A DNA stretch of 64,000 nt from positions 186,001-250,000 of the forward strand of contig NIVC01001581.1 of the NCBI GenBank assembly GCA_002269645.1, read 5' to 3'. The notes beneath the pieces were generated by a model. That model searched no databases, had not been told where the DNA came from, and was given only the letters and a program-made list of their open reading frames with translations. Of the stretch, positions 25,474 through 38,700 are shown piece after piece. Source of the DNA: Macrostomum lignano (lineage: Eukaryota). Made by a program: the position numbers and the translations under genes. How positions within the stretch are numbered: position 1 is the first letter of the stretch; the number at the start of each line of letters is the position of its first letter.

Positions 25474-26198
25474 ATGCGACACCAGGACGCCAGGGCAAGA
25501 GTCTATAAAATGAGCACTTTGATCAATCATGCATTGTTGCCCTGCGAGCCAACTTCTGTAATGCGATATTCAAAAGTCATCATGTCTACAGCTACAGATA
25601 CAAGCTTAAACATTACCATAGCAACCAGTGATCGAGTTTTAAGCGAAGTAACAGCGAATCTATTCATAGCCTGGCTAAGCGTAGCCATGGCGATTGGCGT
25701 CGTTAGCAACCTGATAGTCTTAGCAACGATTCTGACCTCCAAGAGCTCGTCAATTCGCACTGCCAGTGGATTTGCATTCGTGGCAAATCAGGCCATTGTA
25801 GACCTGCTGGTGCTGGTCATTGCTGCTCCCGAGATTGCAGTCTGCTTGTCGCGCGACTGTCTCTTCGAGCTGGGAGGCAGCGCTGGAATGCCAGGTTGCC
25901 AGGCGCTGGGATTCGCTGTGATGCAGTTGCTGGAGTGCAGCCTGTGCGGCACCGCTCTGCAGGCTGTCAGTCGCTACCTGCTGATTGCTGGCAGCGCTGG
26001 CGGCGGGCAGCGGACGTTCCTGAAAGTGTTCGGCAGTCGTCGGGCTCTGGCTGGTTGGCTGGCCGCGGTCTGGTTGCTGCCGGCTGGGCTTGCAGCGCCT
26101 CCCCTGCTGGGATTCGGGAGGTTCGATCTGCTTTGTGTCCTGTTTGTGTGGGGAGTTCTTAGCTGAACTACTGATGGGGAATCGCGTTGAGGGATAGC

Positions 26199-26281
<83 letters not shown>

Positions 26282-27289
26282 GAGACAGAGAGAGAGGTAA
26301 GGATAGTGGTAGGTGACGGACAGAGGTAGACAAGGATAGAGAGAGGTTGCGATAGTGGTAGGTGACAGAGATAGAGAAGGACAGAGAGAGGTTGGGATAG
26401 TGGTAGTGATGGAGGTAGACAAGGATAGAGAGAGAGAGGTAGGGATATTGGTAGGTGACGAACGGAGGTAGACAGGGATAGAGAGAGAGGTAGGGATAAT
26501 GATAACTGATGGAGGTAGACAAGGATAGCGAGAGGTAGGTAGCTTGGATATTGGTAGTTGGTAGGTGACGGAGGTAGACAAGAATAGAGAGAGAGGTAGG
26601 GATAGTGGTAGGTGACGGAGGTAGACAAGGATAGAGAGAGAGGTAGGGATAGTGGTAGGTGACGGAAGTAAACAAGGATAGAGAGAGAAAGGTAGGGATA
26701 GTGAGTTGACAGAGGTAGACAAGGATAGAGAGAGACGTAGAGATGTGGAGAGGCAGAGAATCGATAGAAAGAGAAGACCACGGTGAAGCAACTCCAGTAA
26801 AGAATATCTAACAAGCAGAACGCCGAAAATTCATACAGGTACGCGTACAACTCAGCATTCGGCACCTGCTTGTTCGCCTGGGCAGACAAACTGAGCTACT
26901 ATTACGTACTGGTATTCGGCTGTCTGGCCGTCGGTTTGCCCTCAATCGCGACTTCCCTCGGTAGCTATGTGGGGATTTTCCTCACGTTCCATCGGTCCAG
27001 AATGAGATCGATGGAAACTGGAAATAATGCTTCATCAAACGAATCCAGTCGTCTAGCCCGCAGTCTGTTCGTCACCTGGTGCTGCTTTCTAATTCTGTGG
27101 GGTCCGGTGATTCTGGTCACCCTGATTGGCGGTCTGGGGCAGCCTGCTGTACCTGTGCCTGTTACCCGAGCTCTGTTTCTCATGGCCCTCAGCAACAGCG
27201 CCGCTAATCCGGCTATTCTGCTGGCGATGAACAGCAGACTGAGAGACGAATTCTTAGCGCTGATCGGCCGGTCAGGGACTGCACGATGA
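25474..27289 (+). CDS. Class A (rhodopsin-like) GPCR, orphan/melatonin-receptor-like; exons about 25474-26120 and 26839-27289 (start ATG uncertain)
   Basis: Seven hydrophobic segments: GVVSNLIVL (TM1), NQAIVDLL (TM2), C..LG...VSRY (TM3), VW..P (TM4), GFG AG|G YAYNSAFGTC (ECL2 Cys), LILWGP (TM6), NSAANPAIL (TM7). The intron is gttcga...catacag, phase 2. Confidence 0.88.
26199..26745. repeat. (GA)n plus a purine-rich tandem repeat (unit about 47 bp) in the GPCR intron
   Basis: Unit about GTAGGGATAGTGGTAGGTGACGGAGGTAGACAAGGATAGAGAGAGAG. Confidence 0.88.
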
Positions 27290-27464
27290 GCTATCTATTT
27301 ATGATCTGTCCGTGATCTAAATTACAACGCTAGACGGAGACTGAGAGGGTAGAAAGAGAGAGAGGGAGAGAGGAAGATACTAGAGACAAAACAGATGCAC
27401 AAGAGATGGGAGAGACTGGAGAGAAACAACAAAGAAATCTACGAGTGTCAGACTCTAAAGAGAG

Positions 27465-29075
27465 GCAAATTTGAGTAGAGACACAGTGAGATTTGAGTAG
27501 AGACACAGTGAGATTTGAGTAGAGACACAGTGAGATTTGAGTAGAGACACAGTGAGATTTGAGTAGAGACACAGTGAGACTTGAGTAGAGACACAGTGAG
27601 ACTTGAGTAGAGAGACAGTGAGATTTGAGTAGAGACACAGTGAGATTTGAGTAGACAGTGAGACTTGAGTAGAGACACAGTGAGATTTGAGTAGAGACAC
27701 AGTGAGACTTGAGTAGAGACACAGTGAGACTTGAGTAGAGAGACAGTGAGATTTGAGTAGAGACACAGTGAGATTTGAGTAGACAGTGAGACTTGAGTAG
27801 AGACACAGTGAGATTTGAGTAGAGACACAGTGAGACTTGAGTAGAGACACAGTGAGACTTGAGTAGAGAGACAGTGGATTTGAGTAGAGACACAGTGAGA
27901 TTTGAGTAGACAGTGAGATTTGAGTAGAGACACAGTGAGATTTGAGTAGAGATACAGTGAGATTTGAGTAGACAGTGAGATTTGAGTAGACAGTGAGATT
28001 TGAGTAGAGACACAGTGAGATTTGAGTAGAGACACAGTGAGACTTGAGTAGAGACACAGTGAGACTTGAGTAGAGAGACAGTGAGATTTGAGTAGAGACA
28101 CAGTGAGATTTGAGTAGACAGTGAGACTTGAGTAGAGACACAGTGAGATTTGAGTAGAGACACAGTGAGACTTGAGTAGAGACACAGTGAGACTTGAGTA
28201 GAGAGACAGTGAGATTTGAGTAGAGACACAGTGAGATTTGAGTAGACAGTGAGACTTGAGTAGAGACACAGTGAGATTTGAGTAGAGACACAGTGAGACT
28301 TGAGTAGAGACACAGTGAGACTTGAGTAGAGAGACAGTGGATTTGAGTAGAGACACAGTGAGATTTGAGTAGACAGTGAGATTTGAGTAGAGACACAGTG
28401 AGATTTGAGTAGAGATACAGTGAGATTTGAGTAGACAGTGAGATTTGAGTAGACAGTGAGATTTGAGTAGAGACACAGTGAGATTTGAGTAGAGACACAG
28501 TGAGATTTGAGTAGACAGTGAGATTTGAGTAGAGACACAGTGAGATTTGAGTAGAGATACAGTGAGATTTGAGTAGACAGTGAGATTTGAGTAGAGACAC
28601 AGTGAGATTTGAGTAGAGACACAGTGAGACTTGAGTAGAGACACAGTGAGACTTGAGTAGAGAGACAGTGGATTTGAGTAGAGACACAGTGAGATTTGAG
28701 TAGACAGTGAGATTTGAGTAGAGACACAGTGAGATTTGAGTAGAGATACAGTGAGATTTGAGTAGACAGTGAGATTTGAGTAGAGACACAGTGAGATTTG
28801 AGTAGACAGTGAGATTTGAGTAGAGACACAGTGAGATTTGAGTAGAGACACAGTGAGATTTGAGTAGACAGTGAGATTTGAGTAGAGACACAGTGAGATT
28901 TGAGTAGACAGTGAGATTTGAGTAGAGACACAGTGAGATTTGAGTAGAGACACAGTGAGACTTGAGTAGAGACACAGTGAGACTTGAGTAGAGACACAGT
29001 GAGACTTGAGTAGAGACACAGTGAGACTTGAGTAGAGACTGCAGTGAGATTTGACTACAAAGTGAGATTTGAGTA
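27465..29075. repeat. 22-bp satellite with 18- and 21-bp variants, 1.6 kb
   Basis: Unit TTGAGTAGAGACACAGTGAGA(T/C); deletion variant TTGAGTAGACAGTGAGAT. Confidence 0.95.
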
Positions 29076-29564
29076 AAGAAACAGTTAGAGTTGTCACAGA
29101 CGCATAGAGAGAAGCTTAAAAGGTTGCATTACCATATTTGAAAGAGCAGGTAAATTTGGGCTAACAATTTTGCGAGCGACACAACTTGTGTCAGACACAC
29201 GAGCTAGGCTGGGTGAGGAATGATGGAAAAAGGAGTACGTGAGGCTGTATGGACTTAACGCTGCTCTTCATCTACACACAGACACATACACACACCATTG
29301 TTTGCAAATCAACATTTTTTAATCTTTTTCACAACAAAAAACGGTTAAAATGTGCATCTAAGCTACTGAACTTTGACCAATGTGAGTAGGAACTTCCGTT
29401 TATTTTCGGCACTAATATGAAGCGTCAAGAGCAGTTGCATTCTAGCAATTGTGTCATGTCCTTTTGATGAAATTTGCTTGAATTGAGTAACTTTGTGGGA
29501 TGTCTCGCTGTACGATCGGAACGTACAATAACAGAAGGTAAGAAATTCTCATTGAGGACTTCTA

Positions 29565-30350
29565 CACCTTTTTACCTTCTATTTTTTAAAATCTGCACTC
29601 AATATTGACATTTTTGCATTCAATTTTGACAGTCTGTGGCATCGATGATCAGTTTGCCAAGTTGTATTACGTTCTGTATGGCAGGTCCGCGATTCAACGC
29701 CAAAGTTAGCGACGACGACAGGAAGCCGGTTAACCCAGTAATTAACCGGTTAATATTACTGCCCATGAGAATGGTGGTGAATTTTTTCACCTGGCTCGTA
29801 CCTTGTGGATCAAAAGAACCACAGCGTATGCCGTTGTTAGGAGTGGACGAGTAGAAAAGCTGCCAAATGGAAATCAGACGTTCGATCAGCTCGTTCAGAT
29901 CAGATTCAATCAGGACATGCTGGCGTTCATGAAGAACTCGATTGAGACAAATCCCAATATTGCTCTGGCAAGGACCTGGGATCAGCGAACACTCGCCGGG
30001 GCGATTGGCCAGGATCTGAGCTATAGTTGCCACTTTTGGATGCACTCAGTCAAAAATGGATGCACATGCAAGTTTTGTTCCATAGACGGCGAGACAAAGG
30101 CACTATTTTGTAACCCAGTGTCAAAATTGAATGCACTTTGTCAAAATTGGTTGTTTAATTGTTTAATAATTGTAAAATTGTTTAATAAAGGTTGGAGCTC
30201 GTCATTTTCGGTTGAAATTTGTCACTATTGCATTTGGGTTTGTCAAAATAGGTTGAACATTTCTACAAGCGATGGCACAGACTGTCAAAATTGAATGCCA
30301 AGATGTCAATATTGAGTGCAGATTTAAAAAAAAATAGAAGGTAAAAGGTG
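29565..30350 (+). mobile_element. Internally deleted Tc1/IS630-type element, 786 bp, with about 80-bp TIRs and TA TSD
   Basis: TA|CACCTTTTTACCTTCTATTTTTTAAAATCTGCACTCAATATTGACAT...GACAGTCTGTG and its reverse complement ending AGAAGGTAAAAGGTG|TA. The interior keeps a broken paired-like HTH (SDDDRK...LARTLWIKRTTAYAVVRSGR...SIETNPNIAL) and no DDE domain. Confidence 0.8.
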
Positions 30351-31606
30351 TAGTGGTGCTTGCAGGTCGTGGTGACAGCAGTCCGCATCTGACTCAGTTT
30401 TGATGCCTTATTAGCCAGACAAGGACGCTGCTCTGGGTTTTCTTAGAAATGAGCTGTCGTATCACATTTAGTATGCTGACTAGCCATTTAGCCCCCCCCC
30501 GGGTCAAGAAAAATTCTGGAGATCATGAGAAATGCACCGCTTACGAAATTTGAAATTAGAATACGAAAAATTCTCGACATTTGCGCACTGACCCTTGAAA
30601 TCATTATTCATGCAGTGCAATAAATAACACATAGAACGTTTAACAAAAGACTCACTAGTAGAGCCAGTAGAGGACGCACATCTATAATGCGATATTTCTG
30701 ATGCGCGTTCCTTTCGAAGAAGTCCAGTTGTCCTTTGAAGAGGTCCAGTTACTGAAATACAAATCAAGCCTCGTAGCGCCCTGTACGAAGCGTGATTTAC
30801 AAGCTTAAATAACCGGCGTTACGTTCGTTACTACGAGTATAAGCAGAACGGAACGATCAATTGACGGAGGTGGCCTCTCTTGTCCTATCGAATAAAATTC
30901 AGTAAAAAGGCTGCTCAAACCGTCAAACTCGAGAAAATGGAGCAAATTTGCCTTTTTTCAGCTGTCTCTATAATACGAGCCAGATTTTTCTTGTCTCAAA
31001 ATTGTCTGCGTTAAAAATTCTTCGTGTTACGAACTTTATTGCATCATTAGACGCCGGAATTGTACATGGGATTATCGAATTTTTTACTCGGCATCAAAAT
31101 TTTTAGGAGGCTCTTTGTTCTAAACTGCAATTGTTTTGCATGTGTTTTTCAAAAAGTTAAGACTACATAAACTCATAAGACATCATTGCCAATTGCCTGC
31201 GACAAAGTCGGTGCATGATTAATTCAGGACATTGTCGCGTCCTTAATTTGTTAATTTATTGGTCAAAGTCGAACAGAGGTTGCCTCGATACTCAATAGTG
31301 CAAGCAAAAAGTGCAAGCAGCTCTTTAGTTTCCGACTCTATTGGTTTGCTCAAAGACAGATCTAAGCTGGTATTGGTTTGAACTCTTGGAATTGGGATAG
31401 GCGCTGGGAACACAAAATATTCTTGGGACTCTGTGATATTTTTTTTGACTCGATTTGACTTGAAGCGCTGCAGAACCAACAAAAATTCTGGACAAAAAAC
31501 TTTACTGAGAATTGGATAAAACACTTTGCAAAGTCTAGACAACTGCAGCGATTCTGGGACTTGTTAATTCGATACGTGAGTCCAGTATTGCGTTCGAGTG
31601 AGCTGC

Positions 31607-33891
31607 TCAAAACTCGATGAAGTCCTCCGGCTGGTCAGCGTAGAACTCGTTGGCCTCGTCCTCGAATCCGGGCATGTCGATCCCGCTGGCGGCTCGCTCG
31701 CCGTTCAGAAGCATCTGTTTCATCATGCGGTCCATGCGGTCCATCTCGCGGTTCATCTCGCGGAAGACTCGTTCGGTGCCGGGCACGGTAGCGGAGGCGG
31801 CCATCACGCTAGACGGGGCCAGGTCCCACAGCTCGCCGCTGGTGTAGCACATCCTGCTGCCGTCCTTGCCGACATCGTCAGCTCGAATCCAGTACATCAT
31901 GTAGAAGTTGCACATCTCGTCCTTCTGGGTAGCGCCGATGCTCACGTCCTTGTCGCCGGTGTTCTCCATGACGCACTTGGCCGCCAGCATGTCGCCAGGC
32001 CTGATGACGCCGCTGCCGTTCACTGGGTAGAACATCTGGGGCATCTGCGGATTGGCCGAACCGATGAGGCTCCAGTGGCCGTCGCGAACGCGGTAGCCGC
32101 TCACCACGCGACCGTGGCTGTGGGTGTGCGTGCGGAAAGCGAACGGGTGCAGTGTGGTCTGGCCGTCGTAACTGCAGCTCGTCTCCATGTGCGTCACCGA
32201 GTGCGCCGGGATAACACCGTCAGTTAGTGAGATGTGCACACCGCCGAGTTTCGGCGACGGAGTCGTCTGGTAGGTCATTTTCACGCCGGAGTTGTCCTTC
32301 AGGCTGGGGTTCTTGACGAAATCGGAGGCCTGCGTTTGGGGAGAGGTTGATTTTTTCTCATATTTGATGTCTCTCTTATCTCTGAATAGTGTTCCTCCAC
32401 GATATTTGATGTGTCCCTCTACGATCTTGATGTGTCCCTATACGATCTTTGATGTGTCCCTCTACGATCTTGATGTGTCCCTATACGATCTTTGATGTGT
32501 CCCTCTACGATCTTGATGTGTCCCTATACGATCTTTGATGTGTTCCTCTACGATCTTGATGTGTTTCTCTACGATATTGATGTGTTTCTCTACGATATTG
32601 ATGTGTTTCTCTACGATATTTGATGTGTCCTTCTACGATCCTTGATGCGTCCCTCTACGATCTTTGATGCGTCCCTCTACGATCTTTGATGTGTCCCTCT
32701 ACGATCTTGAGGTGTCCCTCTACGATCTTGGATGTGTCCCTCTACATCCTTGATGCGTCCCTCTACGATCTTTGATGCGTCCCTATACGATCTTTGATGC
32801 GTCCCTCTACGATCTTTGATGCGTCCCTCTACGATCTTTGATGCGTCCCTCTACGATCTTTGATGCGTCCCTCTACGATCTTTGATGCGTCCCTCTACGA
32901 TCTTTGATGCGTCCCTCTACGATCTTGGATGTGTCCCTCTACGATCTTTGATGTGTCCCTCTACGATCTTGGATGTGTCCCTCTACATCCTTGATGCGTC
33001 CCTCTACGATCTTTGATGCGTCCCTCTACGATCTTTGATGCGTCCCTCTACGATCTTTGATGCGTCCCTCTACGATCTTGGATGTGTCCCTCTACGATCT
33101 TGGATGTGTCCCTCTACGATCTTGATGTGTCCCTCTACGATCTTGATGTGTCCCTCTACGATCTTGGATGTGTCCCTCTACATCCTTGATGCGTCCCTCT
33201 ACGATCTTTGATGCGTCCCTCTACGATCTTTGATGCGTCCCTCTACGATCTTTGATGCGTCCCTCTACGATCTTGGATGTGTCCCTCTACGATCTTGATA
33301 TTTCTCTACTCAGATTTTATCTTTTCTCTTTGATGTTTGTCTTTACGATTTTCGACTTCTGCTTTCTAACGTCGAATAGCATTATAAATTCAAAAGACTT
33401 ACCTTCTTATAGTGCACCTGCACGACTAGCCAGGGCAGGTCAAAGCCGGGCCCAACGCCAAAAGTCACACCGTCGGGCAGCTGCAAAGCCGGAGCGTCCA
33501 TGGCGTAGGCGTAGATGATGCGGGTGTCGCTGGCGCACTGAGGCGCCTGCTTGTAGGTTTTATCACCGGCAGCTCCCTCCGACTTGGTGAGCATCTCGCC
33601 GCAGTTCCAGACTTTCTCGGTGGCCGAGCCGGGCTCCTTGCAGGCGGTCAGGATGATGTGGTGAGCGTGTCCGGACTGATGCTGCGGATTGAAGGCCCGG
33701 ATGTAGCGGTTCTTGTCGAGTTTCACAGCCGTGCACAGGTAGGTGTCCTCCTGCTTGGGCGACACGCCCGGCATCAAAAGGTCCATGACGTTGCTGTCGC
33801 TGGCGGCCGGTGCCGAAGCCACCGAGGTCAGCACCAGCGGCATCGCCAGCAGCGAGCACACGGCCGCAATGTTCACTAGTAGAGGCGTCAT
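31607..33891 (-). CDS. PHM: Monofunctional peptidylglycine alpha-hydroxylating monooxygenase, about 403 aa; exons 33891-33403 and 32329-31607
   Basis: Signal peptide; LLMPGVSP...DTYLC; CuH ligands AHH and QVHY; CuM ligands RTHTH and DEMCNFYMMY. The junction is YKK|gtaagt...acgcag|ASDF, phase 0. No PAL domain or TM segment precedes the stop. Confidence 0.95.
32405..33297. repeat. 21-22-bp tandem repeat filling the PHM intron
   Basis: Unit GATGCGTCCCTCTACGATCTTT. Confidence 0.95.
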
Positions 33892-34623
33892 GCGCAAGGT
33901 ACTCGGCCTCTGTAATATGTTGGACCGTGTGTGTAATGTCAGATAAGTGCTGCAGTGTATAGAGTTTATACAGTCGTATTTATCTTTAACTGTAGCGTCT
34001 TATCAGCTGACTCTATAGACAGATATATTCCTACATGCGCTCGCGAGATTAAAAGCTTACCTTCTAAAAACTTTACGTTCAAGTTCCGACTTCAGCAGTA
34101 GGAAACAATCGGAGCGGTAGGTGCGCGCTGTGCTCTCAGGCAGAAACCTATGCAGTCGGTTTCAGCTGAAAAATTTCGGAATTGAATTAAGCAGCGGATA
34201 AGCGAAGGGAAGGGGAATTCCTGGTGCAGCGGCTTTTGTGGATTTTGCGCTAGGCGGGGTTGGCTCGGGTGGAGAGGATGCTTGCACAGCGTAGGCCTCT
34301 TCGACAGTGAGGAGCTCCCAGTATTGAGAGAGAGGGGAGAAGCACTGAGTGAGCTCCTTCTCCTTTGCCTCCTGCATCCCAGCCCAGCTTCCCAAATCTC
34401 TCCCCAGCCTCAGATCGATAAATTTCTCTTATCTCGGGGATGTGGGGGGAGAAGGGAGGAGCTGCAACTGCAGGGACTTCCGCCGACGGCGGGAGGGCAG
34501 GGACGGGGGCGATTGACACGAACGGCCTTAGTAGCATGGGAGAACTTCGCCTGATCGGGATGGGATGGGAAGACTTGGGAATTGAGGATGAGAATGGAAT
34601 GAGGAAGGCTGTTCTCCTCTCGG

Positions 34624-34654
<31 letters not shown>

Positions 34655-34759
34655 CCTCCTCTACGTCCCTGGGGAGCAGTTGCCACGCCAACCTTTCGGC
34701 CTCATCTCCCACAGCCTCCTCTCCTTCATCACCTAACTCTCGCCCCGTCCCGAGTCCTC

Positions 34760-34825
<66 letters not shown>

Positions 34826-35754
34826 ACGCTTCCCGTGTCTCCCATCTCAGCCCAAATATGGAGAACAAAAAAATGGAAAGTAATGAAACAGGAGGGGCAT
34901 GGCAGGGTTCTGTACGAAAAATCTACCTAGCAACCATATAGATAATTTGAGAGGCAAGCAACGAGGATTAGAGACGAGTCGTATTTGATGTGCTCTCTGT
35001 TCTCTAGCACACGCCCATGGACTTCTAATCCTATAGCTTGGAGAGGAAATCTAGTATTCAAAATCATGTATTCAAGACTTTTTGGTTAGTCAAGACAGAA
35101 AATCAATAAAAATAAAGCCAGAAAAAAAGCCCAAGGAGTTCGAAAGTTCTAGGAATCTGGCGATACTCTAGTCTAACTATCATGGTGTACTAAAACTAGA
35201 CTCTGGAAAGGGTTCTCTTCATATTTCTATTCCGAAATGCTACCCGAAAAGACACCGATCCCGAATCAAAGAATTTCTTGACCTGGAGTTGTCCAGCGCA
35301 AAGAATTAGCTTTTGAAAACCCTCTTTGAAAGGTTCTAAAGATGAAACCAGCTAATTACAACTATATAAGTTGGCTAAGCGGGACACAGAAAAATGAAAT
35401 AAAATGAATATGATTTATGATTTTGTAGAAAAAAATCTTTGAAGAAGTAATAAGTTTTGTAGAAAAAATTAAACAAAAAACAATACAAAATTATAAGTGA
35501 ACAAAGGATGTAGGCAACATCGCAACAATATTATCACAGTAATATCACAAAAAATAGAAAATAAAACTCGATAAATTTTTCTACAGTTGCTACTTACAGT
35601 AAGCAGAATGAATATCTTTAATACCAACAAGAACGCAAAAAAGTGCTGCATAGGTATTCAACTCACCAAAATCGCATGCCGCAAACTAAAAGTACATTTT
35701 ATCACCTTTATTAAAAATATAATCGATCGGTCCAATTTTCTGACCTTAGGAATA

Positions 35755-38700
35755 TTACAGCTCGCTTTCCTGTAACTCAGGTGTTATCTCTTCATACCCG
35801 CCGCCAGCTTGCCTTTCATTTTCGGCTTCGTTTGAAGTTGCCGCCGCAGACGCCGCCGCCAACTCTTGATCGTTTGAAGTTGCCGCCGCAGACGCCGCCG
35901 CCAACTCTTGATCGTTTGAAGTTGCCGCCGCAGACGCCGCCGCCAACTCTTGATCGTTTGAAGTTGCCGCCGCAGACGCCGCCGCCAACTCTTGATCGTT
36001 TGAAGTTGCCGCCGCAGACGCCGCCGCCAACTCTTGATCGTTTGAAGTTGCCGCCGCAGACGCCGCCGCCAACTCTTGATCGTTTGAAGTTGCCGCCGCA
36101 GACGCCGCCGCCAACTCTTGATCGTTTGAAGTTGCCGCCGCCCGATGCTCCACAAGCCGTTTCGGCGGCAGCGGCGGCGCCCTGAACACTGGCGGCGACT
36201 CGCGACCGATCACGTTGTTGTAGGTGTCCTCATTGCCGTTTCTAGGCAGCGACTGCACCTGATTTATTATGACAGTATCACTAGTAATCTTAGGTCCCGT
36301 TGGCAACAAATAAAGCTAAAATCTCTTCTATAAAAAAGTTTTTAACGCAAGAAGCCTTGTAAAATTACCATTGTTGTTTCTTAGAAATTAGAAAAGGCGT
36401 CAAGTTAGCTCGTATCTTGTCTAAGACATCCGCATCTCCATTGAGTCATGGCATCTCAGCAACTCCCCATTGAGCCAATTGGCATCTCAGCAACTCCCCA
36501 TTGAGCCAATTGGCATCTCAGCAACTCCCCATTGAGCCAATTGGCATCTCAGCAACTCCCCATTGAGCCAATTGGCATCTCAGCAACTCCCCATTGAGCC
36601 ATGGCATCTCAGCAACCCCCCATTGAGCCAACTGGCATCTCAGCAACTCCCCATTGAGCCAATTGGCATCTCAGCAACTCCCCATTGAGCCAATTGGCAT
36701 CTCAGCAACTCCCCATTGAGCCAATTGGCATCTCAGCAACTCCCCATTGAGCCAATTGGCATCTCAGCAACTCACCATTGAGCCAATTGGCACCTCAGCA
36801 ACTCCCCATTGAGCCATGGCATCTCAGCAACTCCCCATTGAGTCAATTGGCATCTCAGCAACTCCCCATTGAGCCATGGCATCTCAGCAACTCCCCATTG
36901 AGCCAATTGGCATCTCAGCAACTCCCCATTGAGTCAATTGGCATCTCAGCAACTGAACCTTAAAGCTCTCACAAGAATTTGGTTACTTGCTCAACTATAA
37001 TTTCTAATTTGTTTTGGGCTAAGTGAGACACAGTCAAATCAAAACACAAACCTTGGCATATTGCGCCTCGGCGTCCTCATACGGACAATCTGCTCCAGAA
37101 CCGATGTGCAAGCCGGCAACGGAGTAAGCGTACGAGGCATTGTCAATGCTGATCGCTGACGAGTGCCCTGTTCGGTTCGATTGAGTCAGATGGTCAACGC
37201 TACGACCCTCGGCGGCTTGGTGACGACGGCTCCTGATCAACCGGTAGGCAAAGAAGACCACCACGGCAGCAATGGCCAGCAGCAGAGCGGGCACAAGCAG
37301 CCCGACCAGCAATCGGTTGTTATTGGCAGCTGACAGTTCCGCTTCCGTCTGGTAGCGCGAGGTACAATTGACACCGGACCAGCCGATGGTGCACAGACAG
37401 GTGAAACTGCCGTGCAGGTTGCGGCATACCTGACTGCCGTCGGTTTTGCAGGGTCTGTCTGTACTGGCTGAGCACTCGTCGATGTCCTGCTCACAACGGG
37501 GTCCGCTAAATCCTTTTGCGCACTGACAGGTGAAGTTACCTGAGAAAGAAATTGATGCTTGATCTGAGTGGTCCAAGAAGTTTTATCTAGGTACTTTTTC
37601 CGCCACTGTTACAACACTTTGCAGGTGATTTTGAGGCTACATGTTTCATGTTGTTGCATCGACTTGCGGTAGGTTTCTGAGGCTACATGTTGTTCATTGA
37701 CTTGCTGGAGTTTTCTGAGGCTACATGTTGTTCATTGACTTGCTGGAGTTTTCTGAGGCTACATGTTGTTCATTGACTTGCTGGAGTTTTCTGAGGCTAC
37801 ATGTTGTTCATTCACTTGCTGGAGTTTTCTGAGGCTTCTTGTTTTGTGTTGGTGCATCGACTTGCAGTAGGTTTCTGAGGCTACATGTTTCATGTTGCTG
37901 CATCGACTTGCGGGAGGCTTCTGAGGCCACATGGTGAATGATTTTTGTACAATTCTGAGCCTATATGCTACACTACCTTCGTATGTACATGCATTTATTT
38001 AAAATCTAGTTTTCATCAGGTTTGCATTAGCCTACCTGGAGGCGAGTTCACACAGGTGCCACCATTGAAGCAAGCGTTGGTGAGTTTGCATTCGTCAACA
38101 TCCTCAGTGCAGTTTTTCCCCGTCCATCCAGCCAAGCAGTGGCAGCTGTAGGTGCCAAACTGGTTGCGACAGGCGCTGGCATGTTGGCAAACTGGCGGCG
38201 AGGCCGCGCACTCATCGATGTCCGACTCGCAGAAGGTGCCGTTGAACCCGGCGGAGCAGCTGCAACCTCCGGCGCCTGTGCCGGGAATGCAGGTACCGTT
38301 GTTGCGACACGGAGTATCCGGCGAGTCGCAGGCTGACAGTTTTGTCTCGCATGTTGGGCCTAATTTTAGGCGAAGTATTAGAAAATCAGCTCAAATGCCA
38401 TTGTGCTACTATCAGTAATATGCATCAAAGTTGCTCACCTCCCCACAGACCGACGCATTCGCAAGCGAATCCCGAGTCCAAGTTGGCGCACGTGCCGCTA
38501 TTTTTGCAGGGAGTTCGGCTGGCACAGTAGGTCTGACGGCACGAGCTGACTGGATCGTAGGCTGCAGAATCATTAAGTTGTAGTAATGATATTTTATGTA
38601 ATTTGTGCGTGCTCACAGATTCTAGTGTGGTGATAAAGCCCCTGGTGCTAAAGCCAATGGTGCTAAAGTACATGGTGCAAAAGCCCTTGGTGATAAAGCC

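Noticed and set aside
25465-31607. Functional neuropeptide cluster (GPCR next to PHM)
   Set aside because: Adjacency alone is weak evidence in an animal genome, and the receptor cannot be assigned to an amidated-peptide family from sequence.
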